Below are positions 9,173 through 18,319 of a DNA stretch of 64,000 nucleotides, piece after piece (position 1 is the stretch's first letter; every line of letters starts with the position of its first letter). Both the position numbers and the translations under genes were made by a program. This DNA comes from a bacterium (GTDB lineage: Bacteria > Patescibacteriota > Minisyncoccia > Phycocordibacterales > Phycocordibacteraceae). The stretch is taken from the NCBI GenBank assembly GCA_021802705.1, contig JAJZRL010000002.1:25913-89912 (forward strand). The letters run 5' to 3'. The notes under the pieces were generated by a model, which ran no database searches, was not told the DNA's origin, and saw only the letters and a program-made list of their open reading frames with translations.

Positions 9173-9592
9173 TTACTTAACCTCCACCCCCATGCTTCTG
9201 GCGGTTCCTTCGATAAGCCGCGCTGCCGCTTCGGGACTGTTCGCGTTCAGGTCCGGCATCTTCTCTGCGACGATCTGAGCAACCTGCTCCTTCGTAAGCG
9301 TTCCTGCTTTTTGTCGCGGCGCCTTGCTTGAGCCCTTCTCAATACCGAGCGCTTTGAGGATAAGCCGCGCCGCCGGAGGGTTCTTCATGATGAACGTGAA
9401 CGAACGATCATCGTATACCGAGAGCTCGACCGGAATGATGGTTCCCTTCTTGTCCTTCGTGGCGTCGTTGAACTGCGTCACGAACTGGCCGATGTTCACG
9501 CCCGCAGGGCCGAGCACCGTACCGACCGGAGGAGCCGGTGTCGCAGCGCCGCCCGGAATCTGAAGCTTTATCTTTTTTACTACGGTAGCCAT
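9173..9592 (-). CDS. rplK: 50S ribosomal protein L11
   Basis: [32 protein letters not shown]. Confidence 0.97.
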   Translation of the reverse strand: MATVVKKIKLQIPGGAATPAPPVGTVLGPAGVNIGQFVTQFNDATKDKKGTIIPVELSVYDDRSFTFIMKNPPAARLILKALGIEKGSSKAPRQKAGTLTKEQVAQIVAEKMPDLNANSPEAAARLIEGTARSMGVEVK

Positions 9593-9610
9593 GATAAGAA
9601 CGACTTTACG

Positions 9611-10252
9611 CTAGAGTTTGCGAACCTGCAAGAAGTCGAGCTCGACAGGCGTCTCGCGTCCGAACATCGAGACCATGACTTTCACCTTCCCGCGCTCTTC
9701 GTCGATATCGCCCACCTTGCCCTCGAGGTCTTTGAAGGGGCCGTCGGCGATGACGACCGGATCGTCTTTCACGAGATCGATACGGTGCTTCGGCGCTTCT
9801 GCGGCCATACGCCTCATGAGCGAGGCGACCTCGGATTCTTCCATCGGGACAGGCGTATTGCCCGAACCGACGAAACCGGTAACGCGGGGGGTATTCCGCA
9901 CCACGAACCACGAATCATCATCGACGATCATGCGGACAAGGATGTAGCCAGGATAGATCTTCTCCTCCTCGACGACGCGCTTGCCGCCCTTCACGCGGAT
10001 CTTCTTCTCGGTCGGAACGACGACGTCGAATATCTTACCCTCCATGCCGAGCGACTCGATGCGCTGCTTGAGGTTGCGTTCGACGGCATTCTCGTATCCG
10101 GCGTAGGTGTGGATGGTATACCAGCGCGCCTCCTCTTTTTTCGAGGCGGATTCGTCGCGGATCTCCTTACGAAGCGCGGGCGCGATATCAGCCATCCCGA
10201 TCTCTTCCGGCAATTCTGTCTCTCCGCTGTGCGGGCGTCCTGTTTCGTCCAT
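9611..10252 (-). CDS. nusG: Transcription termination/antitermination factor NusG (with N-terminal extension)
   Basis: WYTIHTYAGYE, YPGYILV, VRNTPRVTGFVG, KOW GPFKDLEG, FGRETPVEL. Confidence 0.96.
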   Translation of the reverse strand: MDETGRPHSGETELPEEIGMADIAPALRKEIRDESASKKEEARWYTIHTYAGYENAVERNLKQRIESLGMEGKIFDVVVPTEKKIRVKGGKRVVEEEKIYPGYILVRMIVDDDSWFVVRNTPRVTGFVGSGNTPVPMEESEVASLMRRMAAEAPKHRIDLVKDDPVVIADGPFKDLEGKVGDIDEERGKVKVMVSMFGRETPVELDFLQVRKL

Positions 10253-10264
10253 ACGTCAAGAAGA

Positions 10265-10450
10265 TTATCCGCCGGCGATACGGCTCACGATGGAACCGAA
10301 CGCGTAGTCAAAGACGCCGATCAGGAGCGCCATGACGACAGCGATGATGATAACGACGAACGTATGCGCGATCGCGGTCCGAGTGCTCGGCCAGACGATA
10401 TGCGCGAATTCATCGCGTACGTGTTTGAGGTAGGTTACGGGAGTGAGCAT
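10265..10450 (-). CDS. secE: Preprotein translocase subunit SecE
   Basis: EFAHIVWPS plus one TM; directly upstream of nusG. Confidence 0.9.
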   Translation of the reverse strand: MLTPVTYLKHVRDEFAHIVWPSTRTAIAHTFVVIIIAVVMALLIGVFDYAFGSIVSRIAGG

Positions 10451-10503
10451 AGGAAAGCGCGGTTTGGTAAATAAAAAAGCCCTGCGGGCTTTTGACGTAG
10501 GCT

Positions 10504-10531
10504 ATGGTAGCACACCAGCACGACGCGTCAA
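10504..10531 (-). promoter_or_regulatory. Promoter of secE-nusG-rplK
   Basis: TTGACG-16nt-(TGc)TACCAT. Confidence 0.6.
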
Positions 10532-10544
10532 GAAAGACGAGCTC

Positions 10545-12461
10545 CTAGAACTCATTGAACTTCGGCGTCACGTTCACGATGACCGAGTCGGAGACGGGGT
10601 TCCCGGCGGTGGTGCAGCTGATGGTATAGGTTGACTGCGAAGTGATGGTAACGGTCTTGTTGCCTTTTATCTGCGTGCTTGAAAGGCCCGGGCCTGAGAC
10701 GGTGCAGCTGCTTGTGAGCGTGGAGTCCCAGCTGATGGTGGAAGAGCCGGGAGGGTTCACGCGGTCAGGGCTTGCGCTGATGGAGACGGCGGGCTGGTTG
10801 ACCGTTATGTTCACGTTCGCGGTGCTCGGAGCGTTGTTCGGCCCGATGCACGTGAGGCTGTATGAGGTCGGGTTGACCGTGAGCGGGCCGGTCGAGACGG
10901 GCGAGCCGCCTGTGGTCGAGAAGCCGGGAGAGGTGCAGGAGGTGCCGGGCGTCGAGGTCCAGAAGAGGTTCGTCGGCTGGCCGCTATTCACGGTGCACGA
11001 GGAGGCGGAGGTGGCGAGGTTCTTGCCGCAGGTGAAGGAGATGACCGTGGGGGGCTTCTGCTCGGAGCAGGAAGCGGTGGCACCGCCGTTTAGGCCTGCG
11101 CACTGCCAGGACCAAGAGGAAGCTCCGCTCACGGCGTTTGCGCTCGTGCCGGCGGTGCAGGCGTAGTGGGAGGGGGCGCAGGAGCCGTTCGTCGGGCCGC
11201 TTGTAACCGGTACCGTGCAGCTTGTCCAGGGAGAGTCCGTACCGCTCGAGTTCTCGGTGAGCGCCTTCACCGTATAGGTGCCGGGGGCAGCGAAGGTGTA
11301 GCTTGCGGTCTCGGAGGAGCCGGAGGGGACGTATCCGGAAGACGGGAGCCATCCGTTCACCGAGCCGCTGTTAAGCCAGTCGATGCCGTAGCGGATCGGG
11401 AGGCCCGAGGGGTCGGTGCCGTTGCTCAGGATGAAGGAAGAGGGCTGACCGACCGTGGCGGAGGAGGGGCAGGAGAGGGTGGGGGTGGAGGGAGGCGGGG
11501 TGGAGGGAGCAATCGCAAGAGGATATGCGATTGATTGGGCGGGGATAGGAAGCTGGTAAGGAGCGCCGCCGGCAGTAGCACTCATGGGAATTGATGTAGT
11601 CAAGCAGAAGGCACCCGAGAGGCGATTGGTTTGGAAATAGAACTGACCATAGGTGCTACTGAAGTTGAACGTCGGGGTTATCGTGGTACCGCCTGCGGCA
11701 TTGTTGACCTTACAGGCCATTGAAGCACCGCCGTTGGCTGTGTTTACGAGCTGTCCGCAGGTTAAGCCAGCGGGAACCGTTATGGTCTCTGCAGGGGGGT
11801 TGACGACGAAGGGGATGTAAAAATTATAGCCACTCCATGACCATGTGTAGTTATTGTTGCTTGCCGTGCAAGAACTTGGTGCTGCGGCATTAGCAGCCCA
11901 TTCGCCATATGGCGTATCCTGACTAGTGTGTATAAAGGAGAAAGCATGGGGGACGCTGTATCCAGCGGTAAACCATGACACATCTGTCGAGGCATGCGGC
12001 ATAAAGGAAAAGACGAGCGTATCTCCGACATTCACCGAACTTCCTTGAGGAAGCGGGTTTCCATTTTTCGATACCGCCACGGCATAACCGACTTGAGCTT
12101 TTATGGTGTACAGAGCTGGGAACCATGCGGGACCGCTAAACGTTGAGGAAGTATGCGAAGAGCATCCGCCCTTCATACATCCGCTTGGATGTGTAATCGT
12201 GTGAGTGATTGTGTAAGGATAACTGCCGTATGCATAAAGCGTCCCATTAAATGAAGACGACGGGGTGAACGAAACTGGAACAGAAACAGCAGGAGCGTAT
12301 ATCGACGTAATGCTGCTATTAATGCTATTAATGCAGCCAGATTTATTACATTGAACCACCGCTACCGCCCTGCCCGAAGGAAAAATCATCAGGAGCACGA
12401 ATGCTGCCACAAGCACGGAAGCCGTTTTGAATGAGACAGGAAGGACTTCTTTTGTTTTCAT
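10545..12461 (-). CDS. Secreted Ser/Thr/Cys-rich surface protein with Ig/PKD-like repeats
   Basis: Signal peptide; YGIDW...PGTYTVKA PKD-like unit; NGSC...C..G...WSWQC.G.NGG..ASC module; TISW...C..SG...YTISC units. Confidence 0.75.
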   Translation of the reverse strand: MKTKEVLPVSFKTASVLVAAFVLLMIFPSGRAVAVVQCNKSGCINSINSSITSIYAPAVSVPVSFTPSSSFNGTLYAYGSYPYTITHTITHPSGCMKGGCSSHTSSTFSGPAWFPALYTIKAQVGYAVAVSKNGNPLPQGSSVNVGDTLVFSFMPHASTDVSWFTAGYSVPHAFSFIHTSQDTPYGEWAANAAAPSSCTASNNNYTWSWSGYNFYIPFVVNPPAETITVPAGLTCGQLVNTANGGASMACKVNNAAGGTTITPTFNFSSTYGQFYFQTNRLSGAFCLTTSIPMSATAGGAPYQLPIPAQSIAYPLAIAPSTPPPSTPTLSCPSSATVGQPSSFILSNGTDPSGLPIRYGIDWLNSGSVNGWLPSSGYVPSGSSETASYTFAAPGTYTVKALTENSSGTDSPWTSCTVPVTSGPTNGSCAPSHYACTAGTSANAVSGASSWSWQCAGLNGGATASCSEQKPPTVISFTCGKNLATSASSCTVNSGQPTNLFWTSTPGTSCTSPGFSTTGGSPVSTGPLTVNPTSYSLTCIGPNNAPSTANVNITVNQPAVSISASPDRVNPPGSSTISWDSTLTSSCTVSGPGLSSTQIKGNKTVTITSQSTYTISCTTAGNPVSDSVIVNVTPKFNEF

Positions 12462-13819
12462 AGGTTTTTACTATCGGCTTTCCTTCGTATCCGCAAGACC
12501 AGGAGTGCTCCGAAGACGATGACAGCAATCGTGGAGAGAGCGGCTAACGCTCTCAAGAATAACGTCGAATCCGATGCGCCGCAAGGCACGCCAAGCTCGG
12601 TGCAGGTATACGGAAGCGAGACGGTATCGACGAGATTCCCGTTCTGGTAGAGCGAAGCGGTGAGCGTAAAGGAGTCTGCAGAGCCGGTGAAGGGAGCGGC
12701 GAGCGCGAAAATCGATTGCGGGATATCTCCCTTCCATACGGCGTGAGCGATGACGCGAGAGAGGAACGGAAATGCCTCATCGGTCGTTGCAGTAATATCG
12801 ATCTCGCTATTCTCGGCAGGCCCCACACCCGGCGTATGGATGCACGCGAACGCAACCCCCTTCCCTGCTTCGGCCGGATACGCGGAGATGCCGACGAAAT
12901 TGAAACGCGGATCATTCGCATTGCTCGCGACATACCGGACACCGATGACAGACTTGCCGCCATGCTCGTCGGTGAGCGTCCCGAGGAGATAGTACACGGC
13001 GTGAGCGGTGTCTCTCACGGTATACGAGACGGTCGTTTGATCGTGCGGAGCAAGCGTCACCGGCTCGGTTGATTCGCCAATGAGATGGGAGGATTGCTGC
13101 GCGTCCCAATAGAAGAGCTGCCAATGCACGGAGGCGGTAACGGTCGAAGAGGTTGTGTTCTTGACCACGGCGGTGACCGGTACGGCCGTCGTTGTCGATG
13201 CCATGACTGGCGGGAATGTGACGGCGTGGAACGGCTGGCCATCGAGCGTTATTGACGATTTGTCAAAACGAACGGCTCCCTGATCGGTACCGACCACCTT
13301 GAAGGGAACCGTGCTTCCGGTAACATCATCGGTGAAGGTGAGGCCATAGAGCTCGAAACGATGGGAAGAAGCGACATAGAGCGCAAGCTTGTACGAACCC
13401 GGCTGCGCATCGAAGGGTATCGGCCAGGTGATACTGACATGTTTCGACTCCCCCGCCTTCAAATCAATGTGGTCTTCGGCGACGAACTGGTCGACGACAT
13501 CGGGGCCGTCTATCGCCGCCTCTTTTGCGCTGTCCCGAAAAACTTTCACGTAGATTGCCGCGTCGTCAATCGGATAGGGGTTCTGATTCGTGATCGTTCC
13601 TTCAAACCCGGCGGTTGTGCCTTGAGCGAACGCGAAGAGCGTCGGGGTGACGACGGCGGGAACGGAGCCGAAACGATAGTAATCGAAACAGGAGGTAAGA
13701 CCGGCGGGCGGGGTCGAGGAAGGAAATGAGGACTGATCGGGAGATGTCGTCTGGGCGAAAACAGGGACGCCCGCGAAGAGCGCCGTTATCACGACCGCGT
13801 ATCGAAGCTTGTGCGCCAT
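12458..13819 (-). CDS. Secreted beta-sandwich protein with C-terminal membrane anchor
   Basis: Signal peptide, Ig-like repeats, C-terminal TM plus basic tail; overlaps the next gene by 4 nt. Confidence 0.75.
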   Translation of the reverse strand: MAHKLRYAVVITALFAGVPVFAQTTSPDQSSFPSSTPPAGLTSCFDYYRFGSVPAVVTPTLFAFAQGTTAGFEGTITNQNPYPIDDAAIYVKVFRDSAKEAAIDGPDVVDQFVAEDHIDLKAGESKHVSITWPIPFDAQPGSYKLALYVASSHRFELYGLTFTDDVTGSTVPFKVVGTDQGAVRFDKSSITLDGQPFHAVTFPPVMASTTTAVPVTAVVKNTTSSTVTASVHWQLFYWDAQQSSHLIGESTEPVTLAPHDQTTVSYTVRDTAHAVYYLLGTLTDEHGGKSVIGVRYVASNANDPRFNFVGISAYPAEAGKGVAFACIHTPGVGPAENSEIDITATTDEAFPFLSRVIAHAVWKGDIPQSIFALAAPFTGSADSFTLTASLYQNGNLVDTVSLPYTCTELGVPCGASDSTLFLRALAALSTIAVIVFGALLVLRIRRKADSKNL

Positions 13820-13868
13820 ACACGCAATATAGCACTCAAAAATACACGAAAAGAGCCGCTATTAGAAA

Positions 13869-14660
13869 CTAGTGGATTTCGTAGGTGATCGAGACGGACG
13901 CGGTGTAGGTGTTCTGTCCGGCTGGTATCTCCGGTGTTGCCGCCTGTGCCGCTCCGGCTGCGCGCATCATCATCGGATAAGGAGAGCCGGAAGATTCGCT
14001 GAAATTCACGATCTTCCCGAGCGAGACGCCGAGCTCGCTTGCAAGAAGCGCCGCCTGCCCCTTCGCTTTCTCGATCGCGTCGGCGCGGGCCGCGTCGTAG
14101 CCGCTCGTCGCGTCATTGAGCCCGAAAGCGGGGCCGGAAATGTTCTGCACTTCAAGCTTCCCCAAGCCGTCGAGAAGCGCGCCTGTCTGAGAGAGGTCAT
14201 GCACCTTTACCTGGAGCGTCTCGGAAACCTGGTAGCCCGTAACCGTCGGCGAACTGTTGCCTCGGGGACAAAAAACTCCTGGCGGACAAGGGTTTGGATA
14301 TGAGTACTGCGGCGTGACGGCGTATGAAAGCGTCTTTATGTCCGCGTCCAGGATACCCTGTCCTTTCACGAAACGGATGGCGGCATTCGCCTGCTTGGTG
14401 GTCGCGGCCTGTGCGGCGCTCACGCTTGCCGCCGTGTTTTCAACGGTAAAAGAAATGCGAGCGATGTCCGGCGGGAGCGTCGCCTGGCCCGTACCGGACA
14501 CGGTGATAGTGTCCGTCGCCGGATGCGCCGGACGTCCGAGGTTTTCCGCGGAGCTTATGGTGTTCACGAGGAGAAAAAGAGAAAGGATGGATAGCACCCC
14601 GATAAGCGCGATGCGCACGCCGGTATTATCGAACGCTTCCTGAAGAGGGTTGTTGTTCAT
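13869..14660 (-). CDS. SIMPL domain (DUF541) protein
   Basis: TITVSGTG...PDIA, I...DIKT..Y, ARADAIEKAK..A..LA..LGVSLGKI, SVSITYEI. Confidence 0.88.
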   Translation of the reverse strand: MNNNPLQEAFDNTGVRIALIGVLSILSLFLLVNTISSAENLGRPAHPATDTITVSGTGQATLPPDIARISFTVENTAASVSAAQAATTKQANAAIRFVKGQGILDADIKTLSYAVTPQYSYPNPCPPGVFCPRGNSSPTVTGYQVSETLQVKVHDLSQTGALLDGLGKLEVQNISGPAFGLNDATSGYDAARADAIEKAKGQAALLASELGVSLGKIVNFSESSGSPYPMMMRAAGAAQAATPEIPAGQNTYTASVSITYEIH

Positions 14661-14714
14661 AGGGAGAGAGTTAGATGCGAGCCGCCCTTCTATCACACGC
14701 CATAAGCATAGCAC

Positions 14715-15377
14715 TTATTCCCCCTGGAGCGTCGAGAGGAGTTTCAAGAGCGCGGCGTGGGCCGGAAGGCTCCGCGAATCGAGGGCCGGATCGTTCCAAT
14801 TCACGACGCCCTTATCGACGGCGTCAAAACGCAAGACGTCGGCGCCGCGCGTGAGGTAGTACGCCGTATCGACGACGCCTCCGACGCGCCCGAGCGAAAC
14901 GACGGTGAACCGATGCATGCCGATAACCGTCGAGGAAAACGACGTGACGGGCGCCGGTGCGTTCGTCACGATACTGATCGCCGTCTGTTGTATGACGGCA
15001 AGCGCGGTCGAAGAAGCGTCGATGGAATACCGGCGGATAATGATGTCGGCGGTGCTCGTGGTTGCGGTGCTCGTGGTGGCCGTCATCTCGTACGCGGCGA
15101 TGCTCGAGGGGTCCGGAAGCGATGCCGCAGCGAAACCGTCGGGGATGGCAAAGGCGATACCGATATCCTGAAGCGTCACGTTCGGCGGCGGACAGGCCGG
15201 GAAGGTGCACGAGGAGCCGGTGCGGGAGACCGAGGTTCCGTCCGGACAGACTTCGGCGTCGAGCGGGCACGTTATCGGCTGCAGCGGGTGTTCGATGGCG
15301 TTACGGTATAAAAGGCCTCCGACGCCTATGAGGATGATGAGCAATACGCCGAGCAGAAGTGTCTTCATTGCCGCCAT
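14715..15377 (-). CDS. Membrane-anchored protein with CPDG Cys motif
   Basis: N-terminal TM; CPLDAEVCPDGTSVSRTGSSCTFPACP. Confidence 0.75.
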   Translation of the reverse strand: MAAMKTLLLGVLLIILIGVGGLLYRNAIEHPLQPITCPLDAEVCPDGTSVSRTGSSCTFPACPPPNVTLQDIGIAFAIPDGFAAASLPDPSSIAAYEMTATTSTATTSTADIIIRRYSIDASSTALAVIQQTAISIVTNAPAPVTSFSSTVIGMHRFTVVSLGRVGGVVDTAYYLTRGADVLRFDAVDKGVVNWNDPALDSRSLPAHAALLKLLSTLQGE

Positions 15378-15406
15378 GATACTACAAGAATCGCGCTGCC
15401 GCTTCG

Positions 15407-17521
15407 TTACCGCACCGTGATGATGTAGAGTTCGCCGTCCGTGAAGAACGGCTCATTAGCGAAATTCGCACCGAGGACAGGGCTCACGAATTGTACTTTT
15501 TCGACGCTGTCGATGACGCCTGCGGACATGAGAGATTTCTCCACGAACTCCCTTTCGGAATCTATGTCCGGATTGATGGCGTGCGTAATGAACCATTTAT
15601 AGCCTTGGTCGAGACTCGCGGTGCCCACGTATACGGCATAGCCGTCCTGCACGAGGTTCGTCTTCCATAGCCGGATATGGTGACGGTCCTTGATCGTGTG
15701 CGAAGCGGTCGCCTGTTCGAAGGCGAAATCATTCACGGACGAATTCCAAAACGTCGGGGTTATGGGAGCGTTCGGATATTCGCTGTTGGTTATGGCGGCC
15801 GCGGCTGCATGCAGCACGGACACGACGCCAATCTGGTCGGCGGGGAGCCACGAAGCTTCCTCGAAGGCGTGCGTGAGCGCGGTATCGTCTTTTGCCAAGA
15901 AAATGAAGTCGAGCGGTTCCTGCGGATTGCCGAGTACCGTCTCCGAATATTTCGGGATCGCGTGTTCGGTGAAATACGCGGCGATATCGCCGGACACGTT
16001 TTGCGTCGGCGCTTGCGTCGGGAGCGCAAGCTGCGGCTGATACGCCGATGCGAAAGCGACGTACCAAAGAATCGTCGCGAACAGGAGTGCGACCGTCACG
16101 GGCTTTGCCGCGGGCGATATCGGCTCCGGTTCTTCCGTCCCGGAATCCCCTTGTTTGCTCGAACGCCATTCATAGATGGAAATCCCCGTGCCAAGGATAA
16201 GCAGCCCGAGGAGGTATCCGGCCCACACGTCGCTTGCGTAGTGGACCCCGAGATACATGCGGCTGAATCCGATCGCCAGGATAACGGCGAGAGCGGTAAA
16301 GAATATATTCACTTTCCGCTTCCAGCCCTTATGCCGTATCGCGACGTACGCGAGAAACCCGTACAGAACGACGGAAACCGTCGCGTGTCCGCTCGGGAAA
16401 GAAAACGAGGGCTCGAGATAGACGGCGTTCTCGGGCCGCGCGCGATGCACGACGATCTTGCCGAAGAAGCTCAGCGACGCGGCTGCGGCGAGCATGAGCC
16501 AGAGATATGCGCTATAGATGCCTTTCCTCCGGAGGAAAAGAATCGCCGTTGCGACGGCCGCGATGGAAACGACCATCTGCCACGTGCCCAAGACCGTGAT
16601 CCAGAGGAACAGCTGAATGAGCTCGCTGCTGCGAAAGGCGATGAGGAGGCTATTGATCCGCATATCGACCGCGACGACCGGACCTGACGTTACGACAGCA
16701 AAAATAACGCCGAAAAGCGCGGCCGCCACATACAGGAAACCGATGCCGATAAGCGTGAGCGGAAGGCCTTCGAACGAAGACCGTTCAAAACGCCTCCCAA
16801 GAAAGGCGAAGGACCGGGGATATCGCCGCACGAGAGCCTGCACGTCCGGGTTCGAGACGAATGCGGTCCGCACGGATGAAAAAATGGAACGGGTAAAGAG
16901 CGCGATCTGATGCCCGTGCCGCACGACGAATACCTTGAGGGCATAGAGCACGATGAGGAACAGCACGAGAACGCCGATACTATAGCCGACACGCGTTACC
17001 CATGTCTCGATGACGGTAAAAGCGCTCCCGAAGAAGTAACCGAGCAGCAGGTGCGACACTGACCAGAAGATGGCGCTTAACACATTCCAAAATAAGAATC
17101 GTTTCAGATCCATCTTGGAAAGCCCCGCGATAAACGGAACGAGCGGCCGCAGGAACCCCAAGAACCTTCCGAGGAAAATGCTCTTCTCTCCGTGCTTCTC
17201 AAAAAAAAGCTCGCCGCGTTCTATGTGAGCGGCTTTCAGAAACTTGTTCTCATCACGGAAAAAATTGGTACCCTTGGTGCCGAGGTAGTAGCTCAAGCCG
17301 TCGCCAAGAATCGCTCCTATCGCGGCAAACCACATGAGATCCCCGATATCCCATACACCCTGCGCGGCCAAGAACCCGGCGAAAATGATGAGTGTCGACC
17401 CGGGTATCACCTCGCCGATAAGCACGACCGACTCGGCAAAAGCGATGAGCAGCACGATCCAGTACCCCCATACCCCAAGATGGGAGAGTATCGGTAATAA
17501 GAAGTGAGTGATGAAATCCAT
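15407..17521 (-). CDS. DedA + PAP2 phosphatase + LssY C-terminal domain fusion
   Basis: FAES...PG, GD..SY, GRF....RP..PF.AG (DedA); K.VVHRARP, SFPSGH, SRMYLGVHYASDV (PAP2); EP, RHHIRLW, DIDSER (LssY_C). Confidence 0.9.
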   Translation of the reverse strand: MDFITHFLLPILSHLGVWGYWIVLLIAFAESVVLIGEVIPGSTLIIFAGFLAAQGVWDIGDLMWFAAIGAILGDGLSYYLGTKGTNFFRDENKFLKAAHIERGELFFEKHGEKSIFLGRFLGFLRPLVPFIAGLSKMDLKRFLFWNVLSAIFWSVSHLLLGYFFGSAFTVIETWVTRVGYSIGVLVLFLIVLYALKVFVVRHGHQIALFTRSIFSSVRTAFVSNPDVQALVRRYPRSFAFLGRRFERSSFEGLPLTLIGIGFLYVAAALFGVIFAVVTSGPVVAVDMRINSLLIAFRSSELIQLFLWITVLGTWQMVVSIAAVATAILFLRRKGIYSAYLWLMLAAAASLSFFGKIVVHRARPENAVYLEPSFSFPSGHATVSVVLYGFLAYVAIRHKGWKRKVNIFFTALAVILAIGFSRMYLGVHYASDVWAGYLLGLLILGTGISIYEWRSSKQGDSGTEEPEPISPAAKPVTVALLFATILWYVAFASAYQPQLALPTQAPTQNVSGDIAAYFTEHAIPKYSETVLGNPQEPLDFIFLAKDDTALTHAFEEASWLPADQIGVVSVLHAAAAAITNSEYPNAPITPTFWNSSVNDFAFEQATASHTIKDRHHIRLWKTNLVQDGYAVYVGTASLDQGYKWFITHAINPDIDSEREFVEKSLMSAGVIDSVEKVQFVSPVLGANFANEPFFTDGELYIITVR

Positions 17522-17589
17522 GAAGTTTTTGAAAAGGCGAACCGATGCGGGTGTTCGAGTTGTCTTATTATCCCCATGGTATCAGATTC

Positions 17590-17770
17590 CGAACACGCGA
17601 GTACCCGGAGCGGGCGAAGGAGACGCCCGCCTCGCTGTCCTCTATGAGTCGGGCAGCTCCGGCTTTCGATTCCCTGCCGCGAGACGCGCAGGCGCCTCGC
17701 TTACTCGCCCCTCGTCGGGGACTTCTCAGGGCCGAGGGAGTGCAGCTAATCGAACCGTCGATTACCTGGG
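17590..17770. ncRNA. Candidate structured ncRNA / tRNA-associated repeat element
   Basis: At least five stems in ~180 nt, no credible ORF, TGaTAAAAT box at ~17772-17780 on the minus strand; see findings. Confidence 0.5.
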
Positions 17771-17853
17771 GATTTTATCAGATCCGGAATACATGGCGGG
17801 GGTGAAGGAGAAATTACAACTCATAACGTCGCTTACTCAGGTATAATTGCTCT

Positions 17854-18156
17854 ATGGTTGGTTTTTACACTAAGTTCACTACGAACGCAGAGGACAGAGA
17901 GAAACTCGTAGCCCTGCTTTCCAAAGCCTCAACGTCCATGAAAGAGGTCGCGAGTTGCAAGCTCTATGAGGTTGCATTAGATGCAATCGATCCGACAGTG
18001 ACTGTGGCGACCGAAATATGGACGGACGAGGCAACGCATGACGCATCACTACAAGGCAATACGGCAAAAGCACTCATCGTGCAGGCGATGCCACTAATGG
18101 CTGCGCCCCCGAAGCAAATCAAACTCGGCCCAGTAGTTACGAGCTGGTTCGATTAG
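17854..18156 (+). CDS. ABM-family (putative quinol) monooxygenase
   Basis: SCKLYEV, EIWTDEATHDASL; 100 aa; TATAAT 6 nt upstream; AT-richer than flanks. Confidence 0.85.
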   Translation: MVGFYTKFTTNAEDREKLVALLSKASTSMKEVASCKLYEVALDAIDPTVTVATEIWTDEATHDASLQGNTAKALIVQAMPLMAAPPKQIKLGPVVTSWFD

Positions 18157-18167
18157 CTAAACATTTG

Positions 18168-18240
18168 GGCGACTACAGGGAATCGAACCCTGATCGAGAG
18201 CTCCACAAGCTCCAGTGTTAACCATTACACCATAGTCGCC
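18168..18240 (-). tRNA. tRNA-His (GTG)
   Basis: G-1 GCGACTA...TAGTCGC C; anticodon loop TTGTGGA; TTCGATT T-loop. Confidence 0.93.
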
Positions 18241-18319
18241 ATACCGGACGCCCAATACGGCCTGAACCTTATTGAGGACCCACGTTTTATAACACACATG
18301 CTACAATGTTCCCAACCGC

